Source: the human T2T-CHM13v2.0 reference genome, Homo sapiens. Taken from it: DNA of 64,000 nt. Positions within the stretch are counted from its first letter, which is position 1; each line of letters starts with the position of its first letter. The notes below the pieces were generated by a model. It was not told the DNA's origin and ran no database searches. It saw only the letters and a program-made list of their open reading frames with translations. A program made the position numbers and the translations under genes. Location: the NCBI RefSeq assembly GCF_009914755.1, contig NC_060938.1; one strand, 5' to 3'. This document shows, piece by piece, positions 62,908-64,000 of this stretch.

Positions 62908-63689
62908 TGAAAGCTGTCAAAGATTATGACAGAGAAGTCTATCATGGCTGACTCCATCTTGTTTCTAGCTTCCCAGGCTGCTTGTCCTTGCTCATTCTTT
63001 GGTGTAGGCCAAGCTGACCATGGGAGGAATTTATAATTTAATTTTGAAGTAAGGATGATAATAATGTCTCCTTAAAATTAACTCCCTTCTTGCTCAGGGA
63101 TCAAAACTGCCTTCGTAAAACTAATGAAAGGCCAAGAGGTTAGGATTATGGGAGGGGCCTGAATTCTGCTAAAATGTAGGTATAGCTAAACAATAATCAT
63201 CCATTGTCCCCTAGTTTGCCCTTTTATAATCCCTTGCTGCTCAAGACTCATGTGGCCAGAGGTTGCAAGATTTTGTGACTTCCCCAATTGCTCCTATAGA
63301 TAACATCATTATGGTAGAACCTGAGATTAGTCTTTTGACAGGTTTTTCAGACTTTTGCATTCTAGCAACTGACTGATTCCACTTGGCTGGGACTCATGAC
63401 TCAACTGGTCCCATGGCTCCTACCCAGAAGTGGACTCAGCGCACGAGGACCATTTTCTACACCTCTATGATTTCATCCCCAACTAATCAGCATCACCCAT
63501 TCCCTAACCTCATGCCCACCAAATTATCCTAGCATCTGAGTTCTTGGGGAGACTGATTTGGTAATAACTCCAGTCCTACCACTTGGCTAGCTCTGCATTA
63601 ATAAAACTCTTTATTTACTGCAATACTGAGTTCTCAGTGAATTGGTTTTGTCTGTGCAGTGGGCAGGGAGAAGCTGTTGAGCGATTACA
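62908..63689 (+). mobile_element. LTR8-family ERV1 solo LTR
   Basis: TG...CA ends; gactccatcttg; aataaaactc; ends gcgattaca. Confidence 0.8.
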
Positions 63690-64000
63690 TTATTGTCTTT
63701 GAGTCTTATAACTAAGTGAAGTTAATACTGACTGCACAATAAAATAAATGAATAATAGAGATTTTAATAATTAATTGTTCATATACACCTATATCTTAAA
63801 TTTCATTTACTTGAGATGAACAAGGGAGAGCAGTATTATTAGATGGCAGCTCCCTGATTGTTTGCTCCTTTTGGCAGGTGAAGCAAAACAACATGCTTGA
63901 GGGACAAGATCCCTCAAATCCCACAAATAACAGAAAAAATTCCAACTTCAGAATTAATTAATAACTGCATTCATGTATTTATTCAATTTTAATAAATAGT

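Overview
Human genomic DNA. The DTD2 protein matches the human sequence and a human-specific AluYa5 is present; from recalled gene order this is 14q12. The window holds the complete 3-exon DTD2 gene on the minus strand (168 aa, ATD-type aminoacyl-tRNA deacylase) with its CpG-island promoter at ~48.5-49.2 kb. A second CpG island at ~11.4-12.5 kb is most likely the bidirectional promoter and non-coding first exon of HEATR5A, whose coding exons would lie left of the window. The window also contains an RPL9 processed pseudogene and very dense repeats: ~50 Alus, an SVA, a full-length Tigger1, L1 fragments and an LTR cluster at the right end. I see no new protein-coding system. The most unusual signals are: (1) an SVA whose 3' end is replaced by the last ~23 nt of an L1 within one TSD, suggesting an SVA-L1 template-switch chimera; (2) a 24-nt templated insertion copied from an LTR 1.76 kb away; (3) a fold-back hairpin at an Alu truncation point; (4) a near-consensus minus-strand exon between DTD2 and HEATR5A, consistent with read-through; (5) an RPL9 retrocopy with extra leader upstream of the 5'TOP start. 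Repeat family names were recognised by eye and need Dfam/RepeatMasker confirmation.
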